DNA of 64,000 nt from Candidatus Entotheonellaceae bacterium (GCA_965238075.1 OZ250173.1:512001-576000), one strand, 5' to 3'; shown: positions 1-9,338, counted from the first letter of the stretch. Translations and numbers: made by a program. The notes: generated by a model not told the origin, from the letters alone.

Positions 1-171
1 CATGTACTGCTGCTCGGTGATCGTGAGAGCGGCATCCGGCATCATGTTCAGCAGGCCGATGTGGAGCTCGCGGATGTCTTGCGACATGGCCCGGTCCAGG
101 CTCAGGATGTCGTAGCCCCCTTGCCGTAACCGGTCGAAAGTGGGCAGATTGGTATGCGCCACGAGGGGCAT
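1..171 (-). CDS. metA: Homoserine O-succinyl/acetyltransferase, 5' part (runs off window start)
   Basis: Manual translation from ATG 171: MPLVAHTNLPTFDRLRQGGYDILSLDRAMSQDIRELHIGLLNMMPDAAL, the HTS/MetA N-terminal motif (QDIRxLxIxxLNxMP); GGAGGAG RBS upstream. Absent from the ORF track. Confidence 0.85.
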   Translation of the reverse strand, partial: MPLVAHTNLPTFDRLRQGGYDILSLDRAMSQDIRELHIGLLNMMPDAALTITEQQYM

Positions 172-275
172 GCTCGACTCCTCCGGTTTGCCGCCAAGCG
201 GCGGGCGCTACGGGTCATTCCGAATCGCCGGGAAGTATACAGCAGAAGCCAAAAGGGATTCAAAGGAGCAGACCG

Positions 276-1997
276 ATGGAGACACCGCTGTCGCGTGAAA
301 CCCTGGCCGCCCAGGCTATGGGGGCGGTGGACCCGGAAACCGGCGCCCTGGTGCCGCCGCTGCACCCCGCCACCACCTACGAGATGCATCCCGACGGCTC
401 CCTGACCGACGGACGCGCCTACACCCGCGCCGACAACCCCACCTATGATCCCGCCGAAAAACTGCTCAACGTGCTGGAAAGCGGCGCCGGCTGCATCCTG
501 TTCGCCTCCGGCAACGCCGCCGCCACTGCGGTGTTCCAGGCGCTGCTGCCCGGCGATCACGTGCTGGTCAGCCGCATCCTGTACTGGGGCATTCGCAAGT
601 GGCTGGCTGAGTTCGCCGTCACCTGGGGTCTGGACGTCGAGTTTGTCGACGTGACGGACCTGGAAGCTTTGCAGGCCGCCATGCGTCCCGGCGTCACCCG
701 CCTGTTGTGGCTGGAGACACCGGCCAATCCGACGTGGGAGATCACCGACATTGCCGCGGCCGCCGAGATCGCGCACGCCGCGCAGGTTTGCGTGGCGGTG
801 GACAACACGGTACCGACACCGGTGCTGACGCGGCCCCTTGAACTGGGCGCCGATTTGGTGGTGCACTCGGCAACCAAGTATCTCAACGGCCACAGCGACG
901 TGCTGGCCGGCGCGGTGGTGACGGCACGGCTGGACCCGCTATGGGAGCGCATCCGCTCGTGGCGCCGCAATGCCGGGGCGATGCTGGGGCCGTTCGAGGC
1001 ATGGTTGCTGCAGCGCGGCATGCGCACCCTGTTCGTCCGCGTGCAGCGCGCCTCGGAAACGGCGCTGACGCTAGCGCAGCAGTTGCAGAGTCACCCGGCC
1101 CTCAAGGCGGTGCTGTATCCAGGATTGCCCTCGCATCCGGGCCACGAGACGGCGGCACGGCAGATGCAAGGCGGATTTGGCGGCATGCTGTCGATCCGGG
1201 TTGCCGGCGGGGCGGAGCAGGCCTTGGCCGTAGCCGCGGCGGCGCGGGTGTTCAAGCGCGCCACGTCGCTCGGTGGGGTGGAGAGTCTCATCGAACACCG
1301 GTTGAGCACCGAAGGTCCGTCTTCGCCCGTGCCGGGGGATCTCTTGCGGCTGTCGGTCGGCCTGGAGACGCCGGAGGACCTGTTGGCGGATCTGACGGCT
1401 GCGCTCGATGCCTCCAGGCGTGTACGCGCCACTTCCGCTGCAAAGCCCGCTCCAACCGAGGCGGCGCCTGAAGTCGTAACGAAAGTACGGGACGTGGTGG
1501 AACGCAGTGTGGCGCCGCTGATCATCGCGCGCGGCGGCAAGGTACGGCTGGTGTCGGTCGACGACGGCATCGTCACCCTGGAGGCGAGCGGGTCCCCGGG
1601 TGCCATTCTGCCAGTTGAAAAGCACCTGAAGACGCTGCTGTGCGGCACGGTTGCGGAGGTCACGGATGTGCGGCTGGTGTGGCCTGGGAATAAGGGGTCG
1701 GCTTGGCCGGATACGCATTCGGCGGCTCTGTCCGAGAGCGTGCAGACCATCCTCGACACGGAAATCAACCCGGCCGTCGCCGTGCACGGCGGACGGGTCA
1801 CCTTGATTGAGGCACAGGCTGACCGCGTCACCATCCGCCTTGAAGACGGCTGCCAAGGCTGCAATCTCGCCATCGTCACGGTCCGCCAGGGCATCGAGCC
1901 CCTCCTGCGCGCTCGCTTGGGGCGACCTGTCGCCGTCATTGACGCCACCGATCATGCTGCCGGTACAGCGCCCTTCTTCACGCCGTCAAAGCGGTGA
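276..1997 (+). CDS. Cys/Met metabolism PLP enzyme (cystathionine gamma-synthase / sulfhydrylase type) fused to two NifU_C (NfuA-like) domains
   Basis: YTRADNPT, ETPANPT, VDNT, PLP lysine motif HSATKYLNGHSDV, ATSLGGVESL; after a Pro/Ala linker two NifU_C-like repeats, the second with CQGC and DATDH..G..PFF; AAGGAG RBS. Confidence 0.85.
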   Translation: METPLSRETLAAQAMGAVDPETGALVPPLHPATTYEMHPDGSLTDGRAYTRADNPTYDPAEKLLNVLESGAGCILFASGNAAATAVFQALLPGDHVLVSRILYWGIRKWLAEFAVTWGLDVEFVDVTDLEALQAAMRPGVTRLLWLETPANPTWEITDIAAAAEIAHAAQVCVAVDNTVPTPVLTRPLELGADLVVHSATKYLNGHSDVLAGAVVTARLDPLWERIRSWRRNAGAMLGPFEAWLLQRGMRTLFVRVQRASETALTLAQQLQSHPALKAVLYPGLPSHPGHETAARQMQGGFGGMLSIRVAGGAEQALAVAAAARVFKRATSLGGVESLIEHRLSTEGPSSPVPGDLLRLSVGLETPEDLLADLTAALDASRRVRATSAAKPAPTEAAPEVVTKVRDVVERSVAPLIIARGGKVRLVSVDDGIVTLEASGSPGAILPVEKHLKTLLCGTVAEVTDVRLVWPGNKGSAWPDTHSAALSESVQTILDTEINPAVAVHGGRVTLIEAQADRVTIRLEDGCQGCNLAIVTVRQGIEPLLRARLGRPVAVIDATDHAAGTAPFFTPSKR

Positions 1998-2056
1998 GCT
2001 TTGCGGCCCCCTTTGAACGGCATGACGATTTGTGGGTGTTGGATATCGGGACGATA

Positions 2057-2080
2057 GGCACCCGCAAGGGGTGCCCTTAC
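2057..2080. repeat. REP-like hairpin
   Basis: Intergenic GGCACCC-GCAAG-GGGTGCC stem-loop followed by CTTAC (GTAG-like end on the minus strand). Confidence 0.5.
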
Positions 2081-2152
2081 GAGGGTCGGGGCATTGCCTC
2101 GGACGGGCTGTTTTCACTTTCCTGTCGGTAGGGGACTGAGGAGGACCAACGC

Positions 2153-3544
2153 ATGACGCAAGGATACGACCCGGATGGCGAGCGGCTGCCGATCAAGGTG
2201 GATTCAACGTCGAACGGCGAATTCGTACCGATTCTGCTGAATGTGAGGCAGCGGGAAGCGAATCGTCTGGCGCGGCAGCAGGCGGCGGAGAATGCCAAGC
2301 GGGTGGGCATGGGGCGCCGGGCGTTTCTGGTCTCGGCGTGCGGCGCGGCGAGCACGTTGTTGGCGTTCAACGCCGTCAACGCTGCGGCGGGCAACCGGGG
2401 CGGCGCGTTCGAGCTGACCGCCGAGGCAGCCGTCGACCCGGAGGCGGCAGCCCAAGCGTTGGGCGGCACAGAGTTCATCTTCGACGTGCAGGGACACTTC
2501 ATCGGCGAGGCGGCGTTACGGCCCGGCAGCCCGCGCGGACCGAAGAATTTCATCAAGGACGTGTTTCTCGACAGCGATACCGACATGATGGTGCTGTCGT
2601 TCGTGCCGTCGCGCCGGGACAGCGAGCCGCTGACCATCCACGAGGCCGACGCGGTGCGGCAGATGGTGGACGACCTGGAAGGGTCGCACCGCCTGCTGCT
2701 GCACGGGCGGGTCAACCCCAATCAAGCCGGCGACATTGAAGGCATGGACGAATTGGCCGAACGCTGGGGCGTTTCCGCCTGGAAGACCTACACGCAGTGG
2801 GGACCCGACGGCCGGGGCTATTTTCTGTCCGACCCGGACACCGGCATTCCGTTCATCGAGAAAGCGCGCCGCCTGGGCGTCAAGGTCATCTGTATCCACA
2901 AAGGCATTCCATTCGGCGGGCGTTCGTACGAGCACAGCCTGTGCGACGACGTGGGCGTAATCGCCAAGCGCTTCCCAGACGTGAGTTTCATCATTTACCA
3001 TTCGGGCTGGGTGCCGGGCCAACCGGAACGGGCCTACGAGCCGAACGCCAAGCGGGACGGCATCGACTCGCTGGTGCGCTCGCTGCTGGACAACGACGTG
3101 CCGCCGAACAGCAACGTTTACGCCGAGCTCGGCAGTACCTGGCGGGGTGTGATGGGCGACCCGGATAGCGCCGCCCATTGCCTGGGCAAGCTGTTGAAAT
3201 ACGTGGGGGAAAACAACGTCTTGTGGGGAACGGATTCCATCTGGTACGGCTCGCCGCAAGACCAGATTCAGGCCTTTCGCACCTTCCAGATCGCGCCGGA
3301 GTTCCAGGAGCGCTACGGCTATCCCGCGATAACGCCCACCCTGCGCGCCAAAGTCTTCGGCCTCAACGCCACCAAGCCGTACAGGATCAGCGCCGACGAA
3401 GTGCTGGAACGGGCCAGCCGTGACGCCATCGCCGCCCGGCGCTTTGCCTACGCGGAAAACCCCGATCCGCACTTTCTCACCTTCGGACCGAGAACCCGCC
3501 GCGAGTTCAATCGGCTTGTTCGCTTGCACGGTGGTTTCGTGTAG
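2153..3544 (+). CDS. Amidohydrolase family (Amidohydro_2) protein with Tat-like motif
   Basis: DVQGH, CIHKG, IIYHSG, VYAELGS, LWGTDSIWYGSPQ motifs; RRAFL plus hydrophobic stretch near residue 55; GAGGAGG RBS. Confidence 0.8.
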   Translation: MTQGYDPDGERLPIKVDSTSNGEFVPILLNVRQREANRLARQQAAENAKRVGMGRRAFLVSACGAASTLLAFNAVNAAAGNRGGAFELTAEAAVDPEAAAQALGGTEFIFDVQGHFIGEAALRPGSPRGPKNFIKDVFLDSDTDMMVLSFVPSRRDSEPLTIHEADAVRQMVDDLEGSHRLLLHGRVNPNQAGDIEGMDELAERWGVSAWKTYTQWGPDGRGYFLSDPDTGIPFIEKARRLGVKVICIHKGIPFGGRSYEHSLCDDVGVIAKRFPDVSFIIYHSGWVPGQPERAYEPNAKRDGIDSLVRSLLDNDVPPNSNVYAELGSTWRGVMGDPDSAAHCLGKLLKYVGENNVLWGTDSIWYGSPQDQIQAFRTFQIAPEFQERYGYPAITPTLRAKVFGLNATKPYRISADEVLERASRDAIAARRFAYAENPDPHFLTFGPRTRREFNRLVRLHGGFV

Positions 3545-3637
3545 TGCGGCGGGATGCCGGGTTACGCCTGCGGCTAACCCGACCTACGTGTAGCCGCCAG
3601 TCCACACAGCATTCAATCCGACCCGGAAATGCTCTAG
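3541..3637. repeat. REP/MITE-like composite element, copy 1
   Basis: GGGATGCCGGGTTACG..CTAACCCGACCTAC hairpin plus a ~48-bp arm ending ATGCTCTAG whose reverse complement nearly matches 23331-23378. Confidence 0.75.
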
Positions 3638-3808
3638 CCGAGATGGCCAAGGGGCGGCAACAGGCTGATTCCGCCGAAGTCAACGCCTCGACAGCAACTG
3701 GTGAAGGAATCACAGCGTCACAGAGTAAAACCTGTCAAACACTACCCATAACACTCGCCAGCGTCAGCTATCCCTGATCTTCACCATGTTCGTCATCCGA
3801 CCTGCACG

Positions 3809-4225
3809 CTATGCCGGCTCGAACATGGGAAGCGCCACCGCGTCGGCGCCCTGATCCTCCCAACGCAGCCGTACCCGCATGCCGCATTTCACGTCCTGCA
3901 CCGGGTCCGCCACACCAACGATGTTCGACATCAGCCGGAAGCCCTCGTCGAGGTCTACGTACGCCACGGCGTAGGCGCCCAGGTCGGCAAAGGCCGGGTG
4001 GCGGCTTTGCATGATGACGCTGAAGGTGTACACCGTCCCCTCGCCTTTGGAGACGTGCCAGGTGGTATCGCGCCCGCCGCATTCGGGGCAGTGGCGGCGT
4101 GGGTAGAAGATGACGGCGTGACACCCGTCGCAGGTCTGATACGTCAGCTCACGGCGCTTGGTGGCGTCCCAGAAAGGCTGCGTATCCAGCTCGGGAAAGC
4201 GGGGTTGGGGTCTTGCTGCGGCCAT
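3809..4225 (-). CDS. DUF35 / ChsH2-like Zn-ribbon OB-fold protein
   Basis: PFW, CDGC...CPEC, GEGTVYTFS, AYVDLDEGFRLMSN; start moved to ATG 4225 (GGAGAG RBS). Confidence 0.9.
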   Translation of the reverse strand: MAAARPQPRFPELDTQPFWDATKRRELTYQTCDGCHAVIFYPRRHCPECGGRDTTWHVSKGEGTVYTFSVIMQSRHPAFADLGAYAVAYVDLDEGFRLMSNIVGVADPVQDVKCGMRVRLRWEDQGADAVALPMFEPA

Positions 4226-4277
4226 GGTCGTTTTCTCTCCTATGATGTGGCGGTATGCCAAACGGTTCGCGTCAGGA

Positions 4278-5468
4278 TCAGTCGGCAGCCAGAATGGTGA
4301 CCGCGGTGGCGTGGCGGGAACCGAGTTGGCCGCCGTTGCCTACCGCAACGGCCAGCTTGGCGTCGTTCACCTGCGAGCTGGACTCGCCGCGCAACTGTCG
4401 GGCGGCCTCGATCAGCAGAAAGATGCCGCGCTGCCCGGGGTGATTCGACGACAGCCCGCCACCGTCCGTATTCAGCGCCGGCTTGCGCGGGTCGTCGAAT
4501 CCCAGATGTCCCTCGCTCACGTACGCCCCACCCTCTCCCTTGGCGCAGAATCCCAGGTCTTCGATGAGGCACATGACGGTAATGCTGAACGAGTCGTAGG
4601 CCATCAGCACGTCGATTTCCGCGGGCGTCACGCCGGCTTCGCCGAACGCCGGCTTGGCAGCCTGCGCCCCGGCGCTGACGGTGATGTCGCCGCCGTTCTC
4701 GCGGTACTTGGTCGCCTCGCCGGTGCCGATGATCCATACCGGCTTCTTACGGGCGTTGCGGGCAACCTCGGGGGACGCGATGACCACCGCGCCGCCGCCG
4801 TCGGAAACCATGCAGCACTCCAACAGGTGCAGGGGATAGGCGATCAGGCGCGATTCCAGAACGTCGCTGACCGTAATCTCGCGCACGCCGACGAACTGCA
4901 GGTCGGTCATGGCCTTCACGGCTTCCGGGTTGCGCATGGCGTGGCGGCGCGTGGTCACGGAGATGTGCGCGAACTGCTCGTTCGTCGTGCCGTATTGGTG
5001 CATGTGACGGTTCTTGACCATGGCGTAATTGCCGATGAGGGTCAGGCCCCACGGGTCTTCCATATTGTTGACGAACGTCGCCGGCCCCGCGCTGGTGGCG
5101 CCCGCGGTGCCGATGGCTCGGCGGTCCGAGTGGGCAGTGGCGCCGTATGTCAACAGAGCAACGTTGCACTTGCCCGCGGCGATCATGCTGAGGGCGTGGT
5201 TGGCCTGAAACTCGAAGGAACTGCCGCCGACGTAGGTGGTGTCGATGAGCCGGGGCTTGAGGCCGAAATACTCCGCAATGGCCAGCCCGCTGATGCCCTG
5301 ATCGCCGCCGGTGTCGTACACCGCGTCGACGTCCTGCCAGCTGAGCCCGGCGTCTTCGAGGCTGCGCGCGGCGCACTCTGCCTTGATTTGCAGGGCGCTG
5401 ACACTGCCGTCCACGCGCAAGGGATATTCATAAATTCCAACGATAGCGGCGTCTCTCCGCTGCGCCAT
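4278..5468 (-). CDS. Thiolase-like protein (SCP-x / Ltp2 type)
   Basis: AAIVGI, CCMVSDGGGAVV, YDSFS, LNTDGGGLS, EAARQLRGE; adjacent DUF35 partner. Confidence 0.88.
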   Translation of the reverse strand: MAQRRDAAIVGIYEYPLRVDGSVSALQIKAECAARSLEDAGLSWQDVDAVYDTGGDQGISGLAIAEYFGLKPRLIDTTYVGGSSFEFQANHALSMIAAGKCNVALLTYGATAHSDRRAIGTAGATSAGPATFVNNMEDPWGLTLIGNYAMVKNRHMHQYGTTNEQFAHISVTTRRHAMRNPEAVKAMTDLQFVGVREITVSDVLESRLIAYPLHLLECCMVSDGGGAVVIASPEVARNARKKPVWIIGTGEATKYRENGGDITVSAGAQAAKPAFGEAGVTPAEIDVLMAYDSFSITVMCLIEDLGFCAKGEGGAYVSEGHLGFDDPRKPALNTDGGGLSSNHPGQRGIFLLIEAARQLRGESSSQVNDAKLAVAVGNGGQLGSRHATAVTILAAD

Positions 5469-5656
5469 TGGCGACTCCTCTCTCCAAATAAGACGGGTTC
5501 AAAGCTTGCTAGCCAAAGGGGGCGCCACCGTAGCACGCAGCCCCAGGGTCGTCAACGCGGGCAGCGTTTGCATTCGCCCCGCCGTTCGTGTAGCTTACCG
5601 GCGCTGTTTAACCTCGCCCAGAAACATCAGTTTGACTTCACGAGCGGCAGCCAGCC

Positions 5657-7576
5657 ATGACCGACCTTCTCGTCGCAGAGCCACCCGAAACCACTCGGAC
5701 CGTGCCAGCGGGAGCTTCCCCCATGGCGGTGCTGTCGCAGACCCGCAGTTTCAAGGATCTGGACCGGGCGACCCTCGAAGTCCTGGTGGCCGCAGCCGAT
5801 ACCCACCGCATTGAAGCCGGACGCGCCCTGTTCCGCGAGGGCGAGCCGTTCGGCAACATCGTGTACGTCCTGTACGACGGCGCCATGCGCCAATACCGAT
5901 CCACCGGCTTCGAATGCGAGGTGCACCAGGGCGACTTCCTGGCCCTGGCCAACTACGTGGACCGCGCGCCGTTCGGCTCCACCGTGGAAGCCCGCAGCGG
6001 TTGCGTCGTCCTCGGCCTGGCGGCGGAAACGTTGGAGCAGCTCGAGCGCAATTACCCCTCGCTGTTCAATTGCCTGAACCGCATCATCGCCCACAAACTG
6101 CGCGCCCGCAGCCCGGTGCGCGACATCAACCGCGGCGCCCTGGCGCAGCCGGTGCGCAGCATCATGAGCAGGCCCGTCACCTGCAGCCCCGACACACGGC
6201 TACGCGACGCCCTGACCCTGATGCGCCAGCGTAGCATCGGCGGCCTGGTGGTCACGGACGACGCCGACCGTCTGCTCGGAATCCTCACCCGCGCCAGCCT
6301 CGCCGAGGCGGTGCTCTTGCAGGAAGCGGGTGCGGCCGACGCGGTGGTGCCAGCGGCCTGCCAGCAGGCCCACACGGTGGAGCCGAATACGCCGCTGTGG
6401 CAGGTTCAGGAAATCCAGCAGCACTTCGCCACCAAGTACGTCGTTGTCGTGGATCAGGACGCTCCGGTCGGCGTGGTGGCCCAGAGCGACATCCTGCGAA
6501 CGCTGATTGCCTCGCCGGGCGTGCTGACGCCGCACGTGGCGCAATCCAACGACCTGCAGGAACTCGTCGAGTTGAAGTCGCGTCTCGTCGAAGAGGCCGT
6601 CGACATCCGGGAAGCCAATCGCTGGGCGCGCGCCGCGGTGCGCTTCCTGAGCGAAACCCATCTGGCCATCCAGCGCCGGGTCGTCGCCCTCAGCCTCGAT
6701 TGGATGCGTGAACAGGGACACGGCGAGCCGCCGGTGCCGTTCGCCCTCCTTATCATGGGCTCCGGCGGCCGCAAGGAAATGCTGCTCGACCCGGACCAGG
6801 ACAATGGCCTCATCCTGGCCGACGTGCCGCAGGCGCACGAGCCGCCCGCGCAACAGTGGTTCGAGCGCTTCAGCAACCACCTGAACGAGGGCTTGGCACA
6901 GGTCGGCTACCCGCTGTGCCCCGGCGGCATCATGGCGCGCAATCCCGTTTACCGGCACACGCTGACGCAGTGGCAGGAACAGGTGACGTCGATCGCCGAC
7001 CACCCCACCGAGGCGGCAGCGCGATGGTCCAACATCGTCTTCGACTTCAACACCTTATACGGCGACGACACGCTCACTGCGGCCCTATGGCGGCACGTGC
7101 TGGAGACCACCGCGGCGCATCCTCGGCTGTTCACCCGCATGGCCGCGGACGACGCGCGGGGGCGGCCGGCGCTGGGCTTTTTTCACCAACTCGTCGCCAC
7201 CACCTGGGACGGCGACGGCGCGCATATCGACCTGAAGCGCAACGGCCTGCGGCTGATCGCCGACGCAACGCGCATTTTCGCGCTGCAGGCGGGCGTGAGG
7301 GCGCAGAACACCAGCGATCGGCTGGCCGGGCTGGTGCGGCTGGGAACGTTTTCCGAGGCGTTCAGCACCTCGGTGGGCGACGCTTACGAGGCGCTGCTGG
7401 ATCTTCTGCTGGCGCACCAGATCGAACAAGCGCGGGCGGGCGAGGCGTTCAACACGCTGATTGATCCGAAGGCTCTGACCGAGCAGAATCGCGCCACGCT
7501 GCGCCTCGCCATGCGTATGGTGAAGCGCCTGCAGGACCGCTTGCAGGAAAACTTTGGCGTCGCCTACATCGACTAA
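5657..7576 (+). CDS. cNMP-binding / CBS / DUF294 nucleotidyltransferase-like protein
   Basis: N-terminal cNMP-like fold, CBS pair, MGSGGRKEM..DQDNGL, CPGGIMARNP, IDLKRNG. Confidence 0.88.
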   Translation: MTDLLVAEPPETTRTVPAGASPMAVLSQTRSFKDLDRATLEVLVAAADTHRIEAGRALFREGEPFGNIVYVLYDGAMRQYRSTGFECEVHQGDFLALANYVDRAPFGSTVEARSGCVVLGLAAETLEQLERNYPSLFNCLNRIIAHKLRARSPVRDINRGALAQPVRSIMSRPVTCSPDTRLRDALTLMRQRSIGGLVVTDDADRLLGILTRASLAEAVLLQEAGAADAVVPAACQQAHTVEPNTPLWQVQEIQQHFATKYVVVVDQDAPVGVVAQSDILRTLIASPGVLTPHVAQSNDLQELVELKSRLVEEAVDIREANRWARAAVRFLSETHLAIQRRVVALSLDWMREQGHGEPPVPFALLIMGSGGRKEMLLDPDQDNGLILADVPQAHEPPAQQWFERFSNHLNEGLAQVGYPLCPGGIMARNPVYRHTLTQWQEQVTSIADHPTEAAARWSNIVFDFNTLYGDDTLTAALWRHVLETTAAHPRLFTRMAADDARGRPALGFFHQLVATTWDGDGAHIDLKRNGLRLIADATRIFALQAGVRAQNTSDRLAGLVRLGTFSEAFSTSVGDAYEALLDLLLAHQIEQARAGEAFNTLIDPKALTEQNRATLRLAMRMVKRLQDRLQENFGVAYID

Positions 7577-7596
7577 GGCGTGGGGGAAAGGAAAGC

Positions 7597-8325
7597 ATGC
7601 GAGCCAACGAGCCCGTGGTTATCCTCATGGACAAACTTCGCGCCCGCATCATGGGGCGGCGACATGACCCGCTGTTGGCGGACCCGCAGTGTTATGCCGT
7701 GCACACGCGCATCCGCGCCCTCAAGCCGAAAGCCCTCACTTGCCTGCCAGTCGAGCAGGCCCGGTTCGTGGTCCTCGACACCGAAACCACCGGCTTCAAA
7801 GTCTACGGCGGGGACGAAATCGTTTCCATCGCCCTGCTCGAACTGCACGGCCTGGAGCCCACCGGACGCGAGCTCAACACCCTGGTCAATCCCGGACGCC
7901 CCATCCCAGCCGCTTCTACCGCGGTTCACAACATTTGCGACGCGGACGTCGCCCACGCTCCGATGATCGAAGAGGTGCTGCACGACGTGACGCGATTCAT
8001 CGGCGAAAGCGTTCTGGTCGGGCATCACGTGCCGTTCGACCTGCGCTTCCTCAACAAGTCACTGCACCGGAAATTCCGCTGCCGCCTGCGCAATCCCTGG
8101 CTCGACACCATGCTGATGTACGTGGCGCTCAGCGGCCGGCTGGGCCACTACACCCTGGAGGAGGTGGCGCGATTTTGCGGCGTTGACATCCGCGACCGCC
8201 ACACCGCCCGCGGTGACGCTCTGATGACCGCCGCCATGTTCAAAACCCTCGCCTCCTATCTCACCACCGGCCATTGCACGGTTTCCAGGCTGATCAAATG
8301 CCAGACGCAGGTGGGATTGTTCTGA
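7597..8325 (+). CDS. DEDDh 3'-5' exonuclease (PolIII epsilon-like)
   Basis: VLDTETTG, VGHHVPFD, WLDT, HTARGDA; usual DUF294 neighbour. Confidence 0.88.
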   Translation: MRANEPVVILMDKLRARIMGRRHDPLLADPQCYAVHTRIRALKPKALTCLPVEQARFVVLDTETTGFKVYGGDEIVSIALLELHGLEPTGRELNTLVNPGRPIPAASTAVHNICDADVAHAPMIEEVLHDVTRFIGESVLVGHHVPFDLRFLNKSLHRKFRCRLRNPWLDTMLMYVALSGRLGHYTLEEVARFCGVDIRDRHTARGDALMTAAMFKTLASYLTTGHCTVSRLIKCQTQVGLF

Positions 8326-8341
8326 TTCTGACAGATCAACG

Positions 8342-8376
8342 GGGATGTCGGATGACGTTGCGCTAATCCGACCTAT
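8342..8376. repeat. REP-like hairpin, same core as 3551-3588 and 23395-23428
   Basis: GGGATGTCGGATGACGTTGCGCTAATCCGACCTAT just after the exonuclease stop codon. Confidence 0.6.
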
Positions 8377-8415
8377 ACAACCTCGGTAGCCGGGCGGCCG
8401 GCAGCGGAGAAAGCG

Positions 8416-9213
8416 ATGACATCTTCCCGGCCAACATGGCTTTGGATGGTGCTCTTGGCGTTAGTCGTTGGGCCGTGCATCCTCGATTCGGCGTTCCCAC
8501 AGACCTACATCAAGGCCGGGATTATGCTTGACCGGGCGAAAGACACACGATTCCAGGACGAGGATTGTTCATCGTCGGCGCATCTCTATGGCTGCGGGGC
8601 CGGTATCGACGGCGACCCCCTGAGCTCATTCGGCGACTTTGACACAATAGCCGGGCTGGAACTAGGACTCGGTTACGCCATTCTCCCCGCTCTGCGGCTC
8701 GAAGCCGCCGTTCAGTACCGACCGGACTTCGCCTTCGAGGGACACACCAATTTTTCCGGCCCGGACCTGGCGGACAGGCGGGATGTATCCGCTGAATTGT
8801 CTGTTTTGTCCGGCATGCTGGCCACTTACCTGGATGTGCCCCTCCCCGGATTCGCCTTGCTACGGTATACGCCCATCAACCCGTTTATCGGGGTCGGCGG
8901 CGGGTTGTCTCGTATCGACATGGGGGAATCCCGCATGAACTTTCCCGCCACGTCTACCATAGTTCCGGGCGGCCACCACATAAGTTTCTCTTGGATGCTG
9001 ACGGCGGGTCTTGCCGTATCGTTAACGAGATGGACGGTCGATGTTGCCTGGCGCTATACGGACCACGGCGGCATCGAAACCGCCAGTGGTATCGGCCGGG
9101 AATTCTGTCGCGTCGCAGGCTGCAATTTGCCAGATGTGGATCTGCCGATCGCCCCCACGAGAGGCGATTTGAAAAGCTACGGACTGACCGTATCCTTACG
9201 CTACGCGTTCTAA
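8416..9213 (+). CDS. Outer-membrane beta-barrel protein (opacity/OmpA-like)
   Basis: Signal-like N-terminus, alternating amphipathic strands (LRLEAAVQY, PFIGVGGG, VDVAWRY), terminal LRYAF aromatic BAM signature. Confidence 0.7.
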   Translation: MTSSRPTWLWMVLLALVVGPCILDSAFPQTYIKAGIMLDRAKDTRFQDEDCSSSAHLYGCGAGIDGDPLSSFGDFDTIAGLELGLGYAILPALRLEAAVQYRPDFAFEGHTNFSGPDLADRRDVSAELSVLSGMLATYLDVPLPGFALLRYTPINPFIGVGGGLSRIDMGESRMNFPATSTIVPGGHHISFSWMLTAGLAVSLTRWTVDVAWRYTDHGGIETASGIGREFCRVAGCNLPDVDLPIAPTRGDLKSYGLTVSLRYAF

Positions 9214-9338
9214 GTTCCAGCGTTGTGGCCGGATCGACGGCTCTGACCGAGGAAATACTTATGGGAAGCACGACACGGTACGACAGAGAATTTGGAAAAA
9301 CCTTCTGAGTAGCACCCATCACTGAAAGGAATTCGGGC

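Noticed and set aside
172-275. SAM riboswitch between metA and the PLP enzyme
   Set aside because: The region is short and I could not match SAM-I or SAM-II consensus elements.
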